From Chiloscyllium plagiosum (taxonomy: Eukaryota), in the NCBI RefSeq assembly GCF_004010195.1, contig NC_057718.1:77268202-77332201 (forward strand): DNA of 64,000 nt, given 5' to 3'. Position 1 is the stretch's first letter, and each line of letters begins with the position of its first letter. Positions 1 through 13,329 of the stretch are shown here, in pieces. Under the pieces are notes generated by a model. It had not been told where the DNA came from. It ran no database searches and worked only from the letters and a program-made list of their open reading frames with translations. The position numbers and the translations under genes were made by a program.

Positions 1-1400
1 TCTTCCCGTGCATATCCAGGGAGGGAAAGTTCGAAAAGCCCAAAAGGAGAGATATAGGGTCCACTTTAATTTCCGTTCCTAAAATTTCTGTCAGGGTACT
101 TGCTACTTTAGTCCAGTATCTACGGATCTTATGACAGGTCCATAGGCAATGTTCAAGAGTGCCCACCTCTATTTTACATTTGGGACAGATTGGAGATACT
201 CCTGCCTTAAATTTTGCCAATTGATCCGGTGCTATATGGGCCCTATGAAATATCTTCAGCTGGATAGCCTGAGTTCTGTTACAGATGGTAATTTTCTGGC
301 GTTTTCCCAAATGTCATTCCACGTTTCTATAGAGATTTCTAGTCCCAAATCCTGATCCCATGTTTTAAGCAGATTGTCCATATCTCCCGATACTTCATCA
401 TGTTAGTAAATGATAAATAGTACTGATGGAGGATACTCCCATTGGTCGTAGTACTCTACATTCTCTATCTGATTTATAAAGACTGTCTAATAACGTAGTC
501 TTCTTCTGTATATAATCTCGAATTGGAAGTATCGATAGAGGTCTCCATTAGGTAATCCGAATTTCTGATGCAGCTGTTCAAAAGACATCAGGACCCCATC
601 TTTAAATAGGTCCCCTAGACATGAGATACCCCTGGATCTCCAGAGTTTAAAAGTGGCGTCTGTAAACCCCGGTTGGAATCCCCATGCTCCCACTATCGGC
701 GCATAGGGGGATGTTTTATGTGAGTTGCCCTCATTTTGCTGCATTATATTCCAAGCTTTAATTGTGTTTAGTATTATAGGGTTTTTACAGTGATCCGTAA
801 TGATTTTCCTCTTGTCCAAAAATAAAAGGTTAACAAGTGGGCATTTTACTTGAGAAGCCTCGATGTCCAGCCAGATTGATTGTGTATCAGACAAGACCCA
901 ATCAGCTATTTAATAGGGAACTTAACTGATATTTCCTAAAATCTGGGAAGTCCAATCCTCCCCTTGCCTGTGGCAGCTGTAGCTTCTTCAGCTTAATGAG
1001 GGGCCATCCATGATTCCAGATAAAGGAACCCAGCCAGCCATATAATTTATGTAGTGCCAGCCTCAGCAGCATCACTGGAAGCATTCTCATAGGGTATAGG
1101 AGACGGGGCAGGACATTCATTTTAATTAGTGCTATTCTACCCAGCCAGGAAATTGGAAGGTCTCCCCATCGCTGGAGGTCCTGCCTTATCCTCTCCAGTA
1201 AATGCACAAAGTTAGCCTTGTATAACTGACCAAATACTGGGGTAATAAAAATGCCTAAATATAAGAAACCCTCCAGGGACCAATGAAAGGGAAAATGGGA
1301 TCTGTCCACTAAGTGGGGTATCATAGCAAGGCCACCCATTGGCATAGCCTCCGATTTTACCTCGTAATTGTTTGAAGTATGAGTGATAGAAAACTACCCA
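1..1400 (-). mobile_element. L1/Tx1-clade LINE, 3' part of ORF2 (frameshifted, 5'-truncated)
   Basis: ORFs 902-1345 (FLYLGIFIT, SWLGRIALIKMNVLPRLLY, GGLDFPDF) and 487-894. C-terminal CPKC...HCLWTC knuckle near 125-200. Confidence 0.9.
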
Positions 1401-1439
1401 AATTCTACTATTTAACAAAAAATATCAATATATTCCTTA

Positions 1440-1990
1440 ACTCTAAAAGTGAACATTAAACAACAATTATTTACAACTCTATGCCTCCTTTTTCTTCAAG
1501 GTTTGTTATCTACATCCTACTCTATAACAATATCCTGATCCAATAAAAGCCCCTATTAAATTTACAGAAACCTAATGTTCAAAACTAGACAGCAGCTGTC
1601 ATCTCCAGTGTCAGTCTTCCTCTGTAGATCTTCCTGGATCGTCTTTGGTCTTCTGCTGCAAAGATGTTTCATATGGAAAAGGTACCTTTGACAGAGAGTG
1701 TGGTGAATAGCAGTCTTTCAATGGCAGTTGGTGCTCTTCATTAATTTGATGTTGTCAAAACAGTAAAATTCAAATTTGATTGGGTTTTAGTTTCTTGGGG
1801 CATAATTTAAACTGATTGGTTAAATTCAAACTGCTGTGAAAATAACTTGAGGTATCTAGGTTACAGCCAAGTGTTACATCTTTCAATTTTCCAGCACACT
1901 GTGTGACTGCTAGTCGGTCACATGACAGGTGCTTGCCAGCTTTCAACTTTCACTCTCTCTTAAAGGTACAGTGCACACCTTCAACTACAT
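1440..1990 (-). mobile_element. Partial LTR related to the Gypsy LTRs at 22305 and 29872
   Basis: Shared blocks: gaacattaaa..caac..tttacaactc, ctgtagat, aaactgattgg, tgttacat.ttt, aaaggt.cagt.cacac. Confidence 0.6.
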
Positions 1991-2089
1991 TACATATCCA
2001 TTATGAACTGATCCAATGAGTCCTATAATAACAATAGCAAGTGTTTGAAAGAGCACCCATTCAAAGATCTATCTGAAGGAGAAACTGCT

Positions 2090-4940
2090 TTTCTTACACC
2101 CTAAAAACAATGATAATAATATTGGATCATTGCAGATATCAGTAACGCAGCTCATTACTTCTCTACATTGCATATAATGGGCTAATGGACATGGAGGTTA
2201 TAAAGGAAACTGATAGGACTTACTGGATCTCACAAGAATGAGTTTGAAAAGTAAATTCAAAAGAAAAATGTCACATATCACATTGTAGCTTTAACTACAA
2301 CTAAGAGACTGGAGGTAAACACTGATGTGAGTGAAGAAGAAAAAATAGAGTAGATGAGAGGTATGAAGAGTTTTTGTCTAAAGGGAAGATAACACCCTTT
2401 TTCTTCAAATTAAGCATCTAAGCTAATACAGTATTAGGGGCTACTGAAGCTGTCTTTCTGGAGAAAGATTTATTTTTCTCTCTGGAGAGTTCAGTGAAAG
2501 CCAATGTGTTAGTAAACGGAATATGGGAAGAGTATATCCCAGTTCCATTCCATAAAGGTCACTTGCAGTGTGACTCGTTGTCTGGTCTAGTGGTAATCAG
2601 GGTAGTTAAGAAATTATCTGTAGATGGGGTTGATTTACTCCTGAAAAATGACTTAGCAAGAGTGAAAGTTATAGATCACCTATAATCATGGAAAGCCCAA
2701 TTGAGACTAATGCATTGGAACAGTTGCAGAAACAGTTATGGGGATTTTTCCATTATCTGTGGTAACTTGAGCAATGACTAAAAAAAGTCCATCATCAGAG
2801 GTCACAGTAATATCACAAGCAGATGTTAAGGTAGCTGACATTCTATTTAAGAAGAAGACAGTTCAAAAGAAGTCAAGAAGTGTGGAGCTGGAAAAGCACA
2901 GCAGCACAGGCAATATCTGAGGAGCAGGAGAATTGATGTTTCAGACATAAGGCCTTCATCAGGATGAGGGGATTATGCCCAAAATATTGATTCTCCTGCT
3001 CCTCAGTTGCTGCCTGACCTGCTGTGCTTTTCCAGTGCCACGCTTTTTGACTCTGATCTCCAGCATTTGCAGTTTCTCCGAGTTGAAAAGAAGTGTTTGG
3101 CATGCCTTGATTATTTGAGACTCAGGATGAGGCTGAAGGGGTTCTCGAATACTATTATATTAAAAATAGAGTTCTGATGAGAATATGAAACATTCTTACA
3201 AATCTGCAGATGAAGAATGGGTGGTTGTTCATTAAATAGTGGTACCATATCTGCCCAGATATGGTAATGAGTTATTATGAGCAGCGCATTAAATTCCTGA
3301 GTGGACAAAACGGAATACAGAAAACATAAGCATTGATTAAATGGTATTTTATATGGCCAAGACTTCATAAAGATGTAATGCAGTTTTGTAAACATGTCGT
3401 ACATCATAGGTAGGAGGGAAACCTCAACATATAAACAAACCAGCACCTTTGATAGCCAAAGCAGTTTTTGAAGACCATTTAGACATGTTTGAGGAGATCA
3501 TATAGGACTATTACTGAAAATGAAAGCAGAACATCAGCATAACTTTGTAATATGGGTATGACAACCCAAGTCCTAGAAGGTATTCCTTGAGGTTGTGGTG
3601 GAAAAGTTAGTGCAGTTTTTAAACTCATTATGAACTATCAATTGAGATACCATCTGACCAGGGTTTTAACTTTACGCCTCAAGTTTTCCAGGAATTCATC
3701 AGCATTTGAGTATAAACAATTGAATTCAACTATGTATCATCTGCAAACCATGGAGCTTTGGAGAGATGCATAAGACTCTCAAAGCAATGATTAACAAATA
3801 CCCACAGAACTAGGACAAAGGATTAGGTTTTTGTGATTTGCTAACAGAGATCCCAAATGAATCTATTGGATTTAGTCCATTTGATTTGGGTCATGGTCAT
3901 GAAATCAGATTTCCATTAAAATTGAGAAGTTTTTGAACCAAAACAATGAATCCTAACAGTTGAATTAAATGTCCATGTTTCTAGAAAGACTCGCAGGTAA
4001 GATAGCACAGTGAATATGAAAGTTTCACAAGTAAAATGAAAGAATGTGCAGATAAACATTCAGCAACTGGAATGTTTCAAGTGGGCAAGGAAGTATTGAT
4101 GTTGTTGCCTTGGTGAGATTAACTTCTAAAAGTCAAATAATTTGTCCATGCAAAGTAGTTAGGAGGATTATTAAAGTGATTTATTTGACGTATACTCCTG
4201 GTCATAGGAAAAATAATGGATTATTGTCACATAAATATGGTGAGAAAATATCATTGTAGGGAAGAGGATAAGGAGGAACAAGTGTGTCAAATGATAGGAG
4301 TAGTGGAAAATGACAGACAATAAGGCAAGGTTGACAGTTCTCAAAGCAAACCTCCTATAATTTGACAAGCTAACACAGAAATAATGGGTAAGTTACACAC
4401 TGTGTTTTCACATTTAGAGGAAGCACAAAGGAAGATCTTATAAGACTACTGAAAAAGTATAAGATAATCTGTAGATATGTCTGGACGTACAACATTATCT
4501 AATCATGATGTGGTAATAAGAGTTACAGGACCAATGGAACAGCATCCTTACCAGTTGGACCCAGAGAAACAAAATTAAGTGAAAACAGATTCAGCATGCT
4601 GGAAAACCACTTGATTGAACCAAGTCCAAGCAGCTGGAATCCAGCAGTAGTGTTGGTTCCTAAAAGTGATGGATCATCCCTAGATTTCAAATAGATTTTA
4701 GAAAAATAAATGTAGTGATGAAGACAGGTTCATATCAAATTCCATGATTGGAAGAGAGTATTGATGGGATTCACATTCCTTTCTGAGAATGATCTATTGA
4801 AGGGGCAAAGATAATTTCCATTAGTATCGAAATCTAAGAAAATATCCACTTTTGTTTCACCAAATGGAATCTACTAGGGACAAGTGATGTCATTTGGACT
4901 ATGGAGTGCCCCAGCTACATTCCAGATGCTAGACCAGGTT
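2090..4940 (+). mobile_element. Heavily decayed Gmr1-like Gypsy pol (protease, integrase, then RT)
   Basis: DGVDLLLKNDLA (protease end, ~2620-2660); integrase-like sDQG and YH.QT..HKTLKAMI (~3650-3800); RT motifs IEPSPSSW..VLVPKSDG and MSFGLWSAPATFQ (4610-4930). Many stops. Confidence 0.75.
2874..3080. mobile_element. Short hairpin Penelope-derived insertion with degenerate hammerhead motifs
   Basis: Inverted arms; 14-bp TSD agttcaaaagaagt (2860-2873) / agttgaaaagaagt (3081-3094). Confidence 0.8.
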
Positions 4941-4989
4941 CAAGTCATAGTTAGGGTTTATAACTATGTGGTGGAGGAAAACACTCTGT

Positions 4990-6160
4990 GTTTTTCAGAT
5001 TGGAACCCTGTGAAGAGTGGTGTACTGCAAGGATCAGTGCTGGGTCCACTGTTTTCCGTCATTTATATAAATGATTGGGTGTGATATGTAGGAGATATGG
5101 TTATTAAGTTTGCAGATGACACAAGAATTGGTGGTATAGTGGACAGTGAAGAAGCTTATCACGAGTACAATGGTACCTTGATAAGATGGGCCAATGGGCC
5201 AGGGAGTGGTAGAAAGAGTTTAGTTCAGATAAAAGTGAGGTGTTGCATTTTGGTAAGGCAAATCAAAGCAGGACTTACACAGTTAATGGTAGGGTCCTGG
5301 GGAGTGTTGCCAAACAAATAGACTTGGGCTGCAGATAAATAGTTCCTTGAAAGTGGAGTCGCAGATAAACAGGGTGGTGAAGAAGGTGTTTGACATGCTA
5401 CTTTTATTGAGCAGTGAATTGAGTATAGGGGTTGGAGGTCATGTTGCAGCTGTAACAGAACATCGGTGAGGCCACTTTTGGAATACTGAGTTCAATTCTG
5501 ATCTCCCTGCTATAAGAAAAATGTTGTTAAACTTGTCAAGGATGTTGCCAGCATTGAAGGATTTAAGCTAAAGGGAGAGGCTGAGTAGGCTGCGGCTATT
5601 TTCCCTGGAGCGTCAGATGCTGATGGCTCATCTTATAGAGGTTTTTAAAATCATGAAGGGCATGGAAAGGGTGAATAGCAAAAGTCTTTTTCCCAGAATA
5701 CTGGAATCTAAAACTGGAGGGCATGGGTTTAAAGTGAGAGGGGAAAGATTTAAAAGGGACCTGAAGGGCAACTTTTTCACACAGAGGGTGGTGTATATAT
5801 GGAATGAACTGCCAGAATATGTGATGGAGATGGGTAAAATTACAACATTTAAAATGGATCTGGATGGGTACATGAATAGGAAGGGTTTAGGGGGAAGGCA
5901 AAAGTGAGTACAGAAGATGCTAGAGATCAGAGTCAAGATTAGAGTGGTGCTAGAAAAGCACAGCAAGTCAGGCAGCGTCCAAGGCGCAGGAAAATCGACA
6001 TATCGGGCAAAAGCCCTTCATTAGGAAAGGGTTTAGAGGGATATGAGCTAATTGCTGGCAAATGGGACTAGATCAGGTTAAGATATCTGGTCAGCATGGA
6101 CAAGTTAGACTGAGTAGTCAGTTTCTGTATTTTACAACTCTGTGACTCTTATGACTCTGT
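4990..6160 (+). mobile_element. CR1-clade LINE 3' fragment, with a short Penelope-derived insert at ~5894-6022
   Basis: SGVLQGSVLGP, KFADDT and FFTQRVV..WNELP motifs; (actct/atgact) tail. Confidence 0.9.
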
Positions 6161-6429
6161 GTAATTTATTTACATTATATTGTATATAGTGACATATGAG
6201 AGTAGCAATTACAGTTTAAACAATTACAGTTGGCTGGCTTCGTAATAACTTCCAGATCCAGTTCTTGAAAGCTCTTCCCCTGAACCTCCTAGACTCCCCA
6301 AGGTCTTACCCAACCCATATATGAACTTGCATTCCCCCTCCCCCTGCCCCTGCCATCCCCACCACCTTCTGGCATGAGTTAGTTATGCAAAGTGTTATCA
6401 TTCACTGACCTTCACTTGAAGTCAAGGTG

Positions 6430-6880
6430 AGCCCTGAAGAAGGGCTTATGCCCGAAACATCGATTCTCCTGTTCCCTGGATGCTGCCTGACCTGCTGCGC
6501 TTTTCCAGCAACACATTTTCAGCACTAACTGCATGATGTCAGTTTCTGCACCAGCTAAGATTACCATGAAGGTGTGCCTTCTCAACCTCGCCCCCTCCCC
6601 GAAGCATGGTGACCCTCAGGTTAAACTCACCGTTACTCATCGCCTACTAACAAAAGAGCAGCCTATTCTCTTCTGGGACAATAGTGACTACTTTTACTGA
6701 TGTAAGGTGTAGGTGTAAGATTGACATATCACACAGTAATACAGGAGAAAGTGAGGACTGCAGATGCTGTAGATCAGAGTTAAAAAGTGCTGAAGAAGGG
6801 CGTATGCCCAAAACGTCAATTCTCCTGCTTCTCGAATGCTGCCTGACCTGCTGTGTTTTTCCAGTGCCACACTTTTCTAC
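6430..6880. repeat. Two short Penelope-derived fragments with hammerhead-like motifs, flanking an unclassified retroposon tail (~6520-6690)
   Basis: ctgaagaagggcttatgcccgaaacatc at ~6434 and a degenerate copy at ~6790. Confidence 0.7.
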
Positions 6881-7304
6881 ACAATACTACAGCAAATATC
6901 CATGCCCTTGACAGAGGACAGCTGACCAGCAAAGCAAGGTAACACATAAGGCAAGGGAGAGATTCTGTGAGCACGCAGCAAAGTGCTAGGCCAGTGAGTG
7001 CTAGGACACAACCCTGAGTTGCAGCCTGGTTTAATATGTGAGCTGGGTACCTGTCTCTGTGCGTGAAGTGTCCTTGCTGCAGCTTTCAATGCTAGTTGCT
7101 GGTGCATCCTAAAATGGAGGTCTCTACATCCTTACCATCCAGCAAGTGGATCACAGAGGTGCCATGAGGATCCTGGTGTGTTGGCAGTTACTAAATGCCT
7201 ATGTCTGAGGTAAGGAGTGTGTACAGCTGATGTCCACGGATTGTGCCCTGAGATGCTTTTGCATAGTGACCAACGTGGAGGTTATCGCAGGTGAGGTGAA
7301 ATTA

Positions 7305-7570
7305 CAATAGACAATAGGTGCAGGAGTAGGCTATTCTGCCCTTCGAGCCTGCATCACCATTCAATATGATCATGGCTGTTCATCCTTAATCAGTATCCTG
7401 TTCCTGCCTTATCTCCATAATCCTTGATTCCACTATCCTTGAGAGCTCTATCCAACTCTTTCTTAAATGAATCCAGAGACTGGGCCTCCACTGCCCTCTG
7501 GGGCACAGCATTCCACACAGCCACCACTCTCTGGCTGAAGAAGTTTCTCCTCATCTCTGTCCTAAATGGT
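7305..7570 (-). mobile_element. CR1 LINE 3' end
   Basis: FRTEMRRNFFSQRVVAVWNAVP; acaatag tail repeats. Nearly the same as 62230-62498 in the opposite orientation. Confidence 0.9.
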
Positions 7571-8225
7571 TGTTCTGATTTACTTATCAAGAATTCTTCC
7601 AGCAGGTTATGTGACAGTTTGATACATGTTAATGAAGTGAAATCTGAAAGTAATAAGGTAATTAACAAGCTATGATACCCTTTAATAGGCAACTGGTCAC
7701 TCCCGAGCAAGAATCTCATCTCAATGTATGGAACTTCGTCAAAAGATGGAGCAAGTTGTTCCCATCATCAAGATAAACCTTGTTCGACTTTTCATGTAAC
7801 TCTGCAACATTTCTCACCATAGCCAATGTCAGGCCCAGAAGATTCCGCTGGTCAGGCAGCATCCGAGGAACAGGAAAATCGACAGTCTGGGCAAAAGCCC
7901 TTCATCAGGAGTGGCTGAAACATCGATTTTCCGCTCCTCGGATGCTGCTTGACTTGCTGTGCTTTTCCAGCACCACTCTAATTTAGACTCTGAGTTCCAG
8001 CATCTGGAGTCCTCACTTTTGCCAAAAGATTCCGCCCCATGTTTCAGTTCATCATATTCACCAGTGTATTCAGCATGAGGTCTTTATTGAAAAGAACTTA
8101 AGCTGTCTGTCTACAGTGTGCTTCATGGCAGATGGCACATGAATTTGGCAAACATTTTTGCAAAAATAACATTTTTGTACTATTGTGTTTCAGTGCAAAC
8201 ACACTTTTTGGGAGCTTTACAAAAG
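7570..8225 (-). mobile_element. Possible very decayed hAT (Charlie-like) transposase relic
   Basis: Minus-strand CAICHEAHC (cf. HCxIHQEALC) and HWLW*EMLQSY (cf. RWLSRGxML). Weak. Confidence 0.35.
7849..8025. mobile_element. Short hairpin Penelope-derived insertion
   Basis: Perfect 10-bp TSD aagattccgc (7839-7848, 8026-8035); inverted arms around ttcatcagga. Confidence 0.85.
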
Positions 8226-8227
8226 AG

Positions 8228-10849
8228 TTGAGAGTGTGGTGCTGGAAAAGCATAGCAGGTCAGGCAGCATTCAAGGAGCAAGAGAATCGACGTTTCGGGC
8301 ATAAGCCTTTCATCAGGAATGAGGCTCATGGGCTGGGGGCTGAGAAATAAATGGGAGGGGGTGGGGGTGGGGGGAAGGTAGCTGAGAATGCAATAGGTAG
8401 ATGAAGGTGAGGGAGAAGATAATAGGTCGGAGAGGAGGTTGGAGCAGATAGATGGGAAAGGTGTGGACCGGTCAGGAGGGCGGTGCTGAGTTGGAGGCTT
8501 GGGACTGGGATAATTTGGGGGGAGGGAAAATGAGGAAACTGGTGAAATCCACATTGATCCTGTGTGGCCTGAGATGACAAGGCAGGTGACAAGGCAGAAT
8601 ATGAGGCGTTCTTCCTCTAGGTGTCAGATGGTAAGGATTTGGAGATGGAGGAGGCCCAGGACCTGCATGTCCTTGGCGGAGTGGGAGGGGATGTTGAAGT
8701 GTTCAGCCATGGGGCAGTGGGGTTTGTTGGTGCAGATGTCCAGAAATGTTCTCTGAAACAATCCACAACTAGGCATCCTGTTTCCCTGATGCAGAGGAGA
8801 CCACATTGGGTGCAATGGATACAGTTTGGCGCACTGACTTCTACACCACTGAAGCCAGGCGCCAACTCGCAGACACCTCCTCTTACTGCCCCCTCGACCA
8901 CAACGTCACCTCCCATCATCAAACCAATATCTCCCAGACCATCCACAACCTCATCACCTCAGGGCATCTCCCATCCACAGTCTCCAACCTCATTGTCTGT
9001 GAACTCTACATTGCCCGATTCTACCGCATACTGAAGATTCACAAACCTGACTTCCCCAGTCGACCCATTGTCTCAGCCTGCTCCTGTCTCACTGAACTCA
9101 TTTTTGAATACCTTGACACCATCCTGTCCCCCTTAGTCTAGGAACTCCCCACCTATGTTCGGGACACCACCCACGCCCTTCACTCCTCCAAGATTTTCGT
9201 TTCCCCAGCCCCCAATGCCTCATCGACACCAGGGACATCCAGTCCCTGTACATATCCATCTGCCACGACAAAGGCTTCCAGCCCTCCGTTTCTTCCTCTC
9301 ACATTGTCCCAATCAGTACCCTTCCACTGACACCCTCATCCGCCTGGCTGAACTGGTCCTCACCCTTAACAACTTCTCTTCCAATCCTCCCACTTCCTCC
9401 AAACCAAAGGGGTAGTCATACACACCCGCATAGGACCCAACTATGCCTTCCTCTTTGATGGGTCTGTGGAACAGTCCATCTTCTGCAGTTACACCGGCAC
9501 CACACCCCACCTATTCCTCCGCAACATCGATGACTGCATTTCCTCGTGCTCCCATGAGGAGGTTGAACAGTTCATCAAATTTAGTAACACCTTTCACCGC
9601 AACCTCAAATTCACCTGGAACATCTCAGACACCTCCCTCTCCTTCCTGGATGTCTCCATCTCCATCTCCGGCAACCGACTAACCATGGATGTCTACTACA
9701 AACCCACCAACTCCCACAGCTACCTAGCCTACACCTCCTCCCACCCTATCTCCTATTAAAAAAAGCCATCCCTTATTCCCAATTCTTCTGCCTCTGCCGT
9801 GTCTGTTCCAAAGATGACCAATTCCACCTCAGAAAATTCCAGATGACCTCCTTCCAAGATTGCAATTTCCCTTACCATTGGTTGATGATGTCCTCCAGCG
9901 CTTCTCTTCCACTTCCTGCACCTCCGCCCTTGAACCCCATGCCTCCCAACGCAACAAGAACAGAACTCTCCCTGGTCCTCACCTTCCACCCTACCAACTT
10001 CTGCCATAATTGCATCATCCTTTGCCCCTTCTGCTGCCTATAAACGGACCCCACCACCAGATATATTTTTCCCTCCCCGCCCCTATCAGTGTTCTGGAAA
10101 GACCATTCCCTTCTTGACACCCTCACCGGACCCACACTCCCCATCAGCCCACACCTCACTTCTGTCCAAGGCCCCCAAAGGATCCTTCCACATTCGACAG
10201 AAATTTACCTGTACCTCTGCCAATGTTATCTATTGTATCTGTTACACCCAATGTGGTCTCCTCTACATTGAAGAGACAGGATGCCTACTTGTGGATCATT
10301 TCAGAGAACATTTCTGGGACACCTGCACCAACCAACCCCACTGCCTCGCAGCTGACACTTCAAGTCTCTCTCCAACTCCGCCAAGGACATGCAGGTCCTG
10401 GGTCTCCTCCATCACCAAACTCTTACCACCTGACGCCTGGAGGAAAAACGCCTCATATTCCACCTTGGCAACCACACAGGGTCAAAGTGGATTTCACCAG
10501 TTGCCTCATATCCTCTCCCTCCAAATTATCACAATCCCAAGCCTCCAACACAATACCACCCTCCTGACTTGTCAATCACCTTTTCCATTAATCCACTCCA
10601 CCCTCCTTTCCGACCTATCACCTTCTCCCTCACCTTCATCTACCTATCGCATTCTCAGCTACGTTCGCACTAACCCCACCCCCTCCCATTTATCTCTCAG
10701 CCACCCCAGCCCACAAGCCTCATTCCTGATGAAGGGCTTGTGCCCGAAACATCGATTCTCCTGCTCCAAGGATGCTGCCTAACCTGCTGTGCTTTTGCAG
10801 CACCACACTACCGACTGATCTCCAGCATCTGCAGTCTTCACTTTTGCCT
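8228..10849 (+). mobile_element. Penelope-like retroelement (RT + GIY-YIG), 5'-truncated, with an inverted 3'-end copy at 8228-~8825
   Basis: KIHKPD.P.RPIVS, LFLRNIDD and VYYKPTN RT motifs; FTCTSANVIYCIC..CGLLYIEETG GIY-YIG motif. TSD agctttacaaaagag (8213-8227) / agctttatacaagag (10850-10864). Confidence 0.92.
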
Positions 10850-13329
10850 AGCTTTATACAAGAGGCCTGAGTTTCTGTATGAAATAAGTCTTGTGTATTT
10901 AGATGCATGTTCTCGGCTTGCTGTCCATATTGCATGAAATTTTAGGCCACTGATTTCACATGTTGCAACCCTAAAACCTAACAGTCTTGGGGACAAGGCC
11001 TGGGCAGCAAGTTTGGTTGGCAGTGCAAGGAACAGAAACAGCATCAGAAGTCAACACTTTAACTTCCTATATAGCTGAAACACAGATTACTTGCAGATAT
11101 TTGGAGTAGATACAGTCACAAAATAATAGGATTCCATGACAGAGATTGAAGGTTTTATTTACTAGTCGAAATGTTTGACCCATTAACAAAACATGTGCTT
11201 TAAAGGTGCATCATCACAGAAAGGGCACACTTTATGTTTATGACTCCACTATTTAAATTGTAAGATTTAAACATGTAGAATAAATGTAGAAATGCATTTC
11301 CTTTAAAATGGATGTGAATTTAAAATGGTGAGGTTGGACACTGAAAGCTTGCATGGAACATGATAATATCCTGAAACTGGAATTTGAACCAAAAATGACT
11401 GCACCAAACATAAGTAGATGCGTACTCCACTGCATGTTGTTCCTTCTACTATGGTGTTACTTCTATTTTTCTAAATGTCGGGTTGCACCTGAACTGGAGG
11501 GGCAACAATACCCTGGGCAGGAGGTTTGCAAGAGCTCTTCAGGAAGGTTTAAACTAGTTTGGCAGGGGGGTTGGAACCAGAGCTACAGATCTGAGGAAGG
11601 CATAGGTATTGAACAGTTAGATACAACATGAAGAGATCTGTGATGAGGGATAGACAGTTGATAGGGCAAAGTTGCAGTCAGTATGATAAGTTGAAGTATG
11701 TCTATTTTAATACAAGAAGTATCAGGAATAAGGGTGATGAACTTAAGAGCCTGGATCAGTAGATGGAATTAAGATGTTTGGCCATTACGGAGACTTGATA
11801 TCACAGGGGCAGGAATGGTTTATTGGATGTTCCAGGGTTTAGATGTTTCAAAAGGAATTGTGGTGGGGGTGAATGGGGGGTAAAAGAGATGGGGGAATGG
11901 CATTGCTAATCAGCCACAGGATCATAGCTGCAGATAGGGAGGTGGCGAGAAGGGTTTGTCTACATAGTCAGAATGGGTGGTAGTCTCAGAAATAGGAAAG
12001 AAGCAGTTACTTTATTGGGAGTTTTCTATAACTCCCCCACCCCCACCCCAATGGCAACAGACACGGAGGAGCAGATTGGGAAGAAGATTTTGGAAAGGTG
12101 CAGAAATAACAGGGTTGTTGTCAGGGGTGACTTTAACTTCCCTAATATTGATTGGAACCTCTTATTTCAAATAGTTTGGATGGAGTAGTTTTTGTCAGGT
12201 GTGGCCAGGAAGGATTAGATAGATTGACGAAAGGGGAGGCCATATTGGATTTGATGCTTGGCAACAAACCAGGCCAGGTGTCAGATCTGTCAGTGGGAGA
12301 GCATTTTGGTGATAGTGGTCACAATTCCCTGACCTTTACTATAGTCATGGAAAGTGATAGGAGCAGACAATATGGGAAAGTATTTAATGGGGTGGGGGGG
12401 GGAATTATAATGCTATTAGGCAGGAACTGAGGTGCCTAAATTGGGAACAGATGTTCTCATGAAAATGCACAACAGAAATGTGAAGGTTGTTTAGGGAGAA
12501 CTTGTTGATAGTACTGGATAGGTTTGTCTCACTGAGGCAAGGAACGGATGATAGAGTGAAGGAACCTTCGGTGACAAGGGATGTAGAACTTCTAGTTAAG
12601 AGGAAGAAAGATGCAGACTTAAGGTTCAGGAGGCAAGGATCAGACAGGGCTTTAGATGGTTATAAGTTAACCAGAAAGGTACTGAAGAATGGACTTAGGA
12701 GACCTAGAAAGGGGCATGAAAAAACTTTAGCTGGTAGGATTAAGGAAAACACTAAGGCATTATACAATTTCGTGAGGAACAGGAGGATGGCCAGGGTGAG
12801 GATAGGGTCAATCAGAGATATTGGAGGGTACTTGTGCCTGGAGTCAGAGGAGGTAGAGGAGGTTCTTAATGATTACTTAACTTCAGTATTCACTACTGAG
12901 ATAGACCTTGTTGTTTGTGAGGACAGCATGGAACAGTTGATGTTAAGAAGGAGGATGTGCTGAAAATGTTGAAAAACATAAGGATAGATAACTCCCCTAA
13001 GCCAGATGGGATATATCCAAGGTTACTACGAGAAGCGAGGGAAGAGTTTGCTGCACCTTTGGTGATGATCTTCGCGTCCTCACTGTCGACTGGATTAGGG
13101 CCAGATGATTGGAGGGTGGTAAATGTTATTCCTTTGTTCAAGAAAGGGAATAGGGATCATCCTGGCAGATAATGACCAGTCAGTCTTACATCCGTGGTAG
13201 GTAAATTATTGGAGAAGATTCTGATAGACAGGATTTATGATGACTTGAAAACCATAGTTTGATTAGAGGTAGTCAGCATGGCTTTGTGAGGAGCCAGTCA
13301 TGCCTCACAAGCCTTATTGAATTCTTTGA

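Noticed and set aside
11353..11631. 92-aa ORF as a further upstream exon
   Set aside because: No CPAP-like sequence; the 3' half is CR1 ORF1 end.
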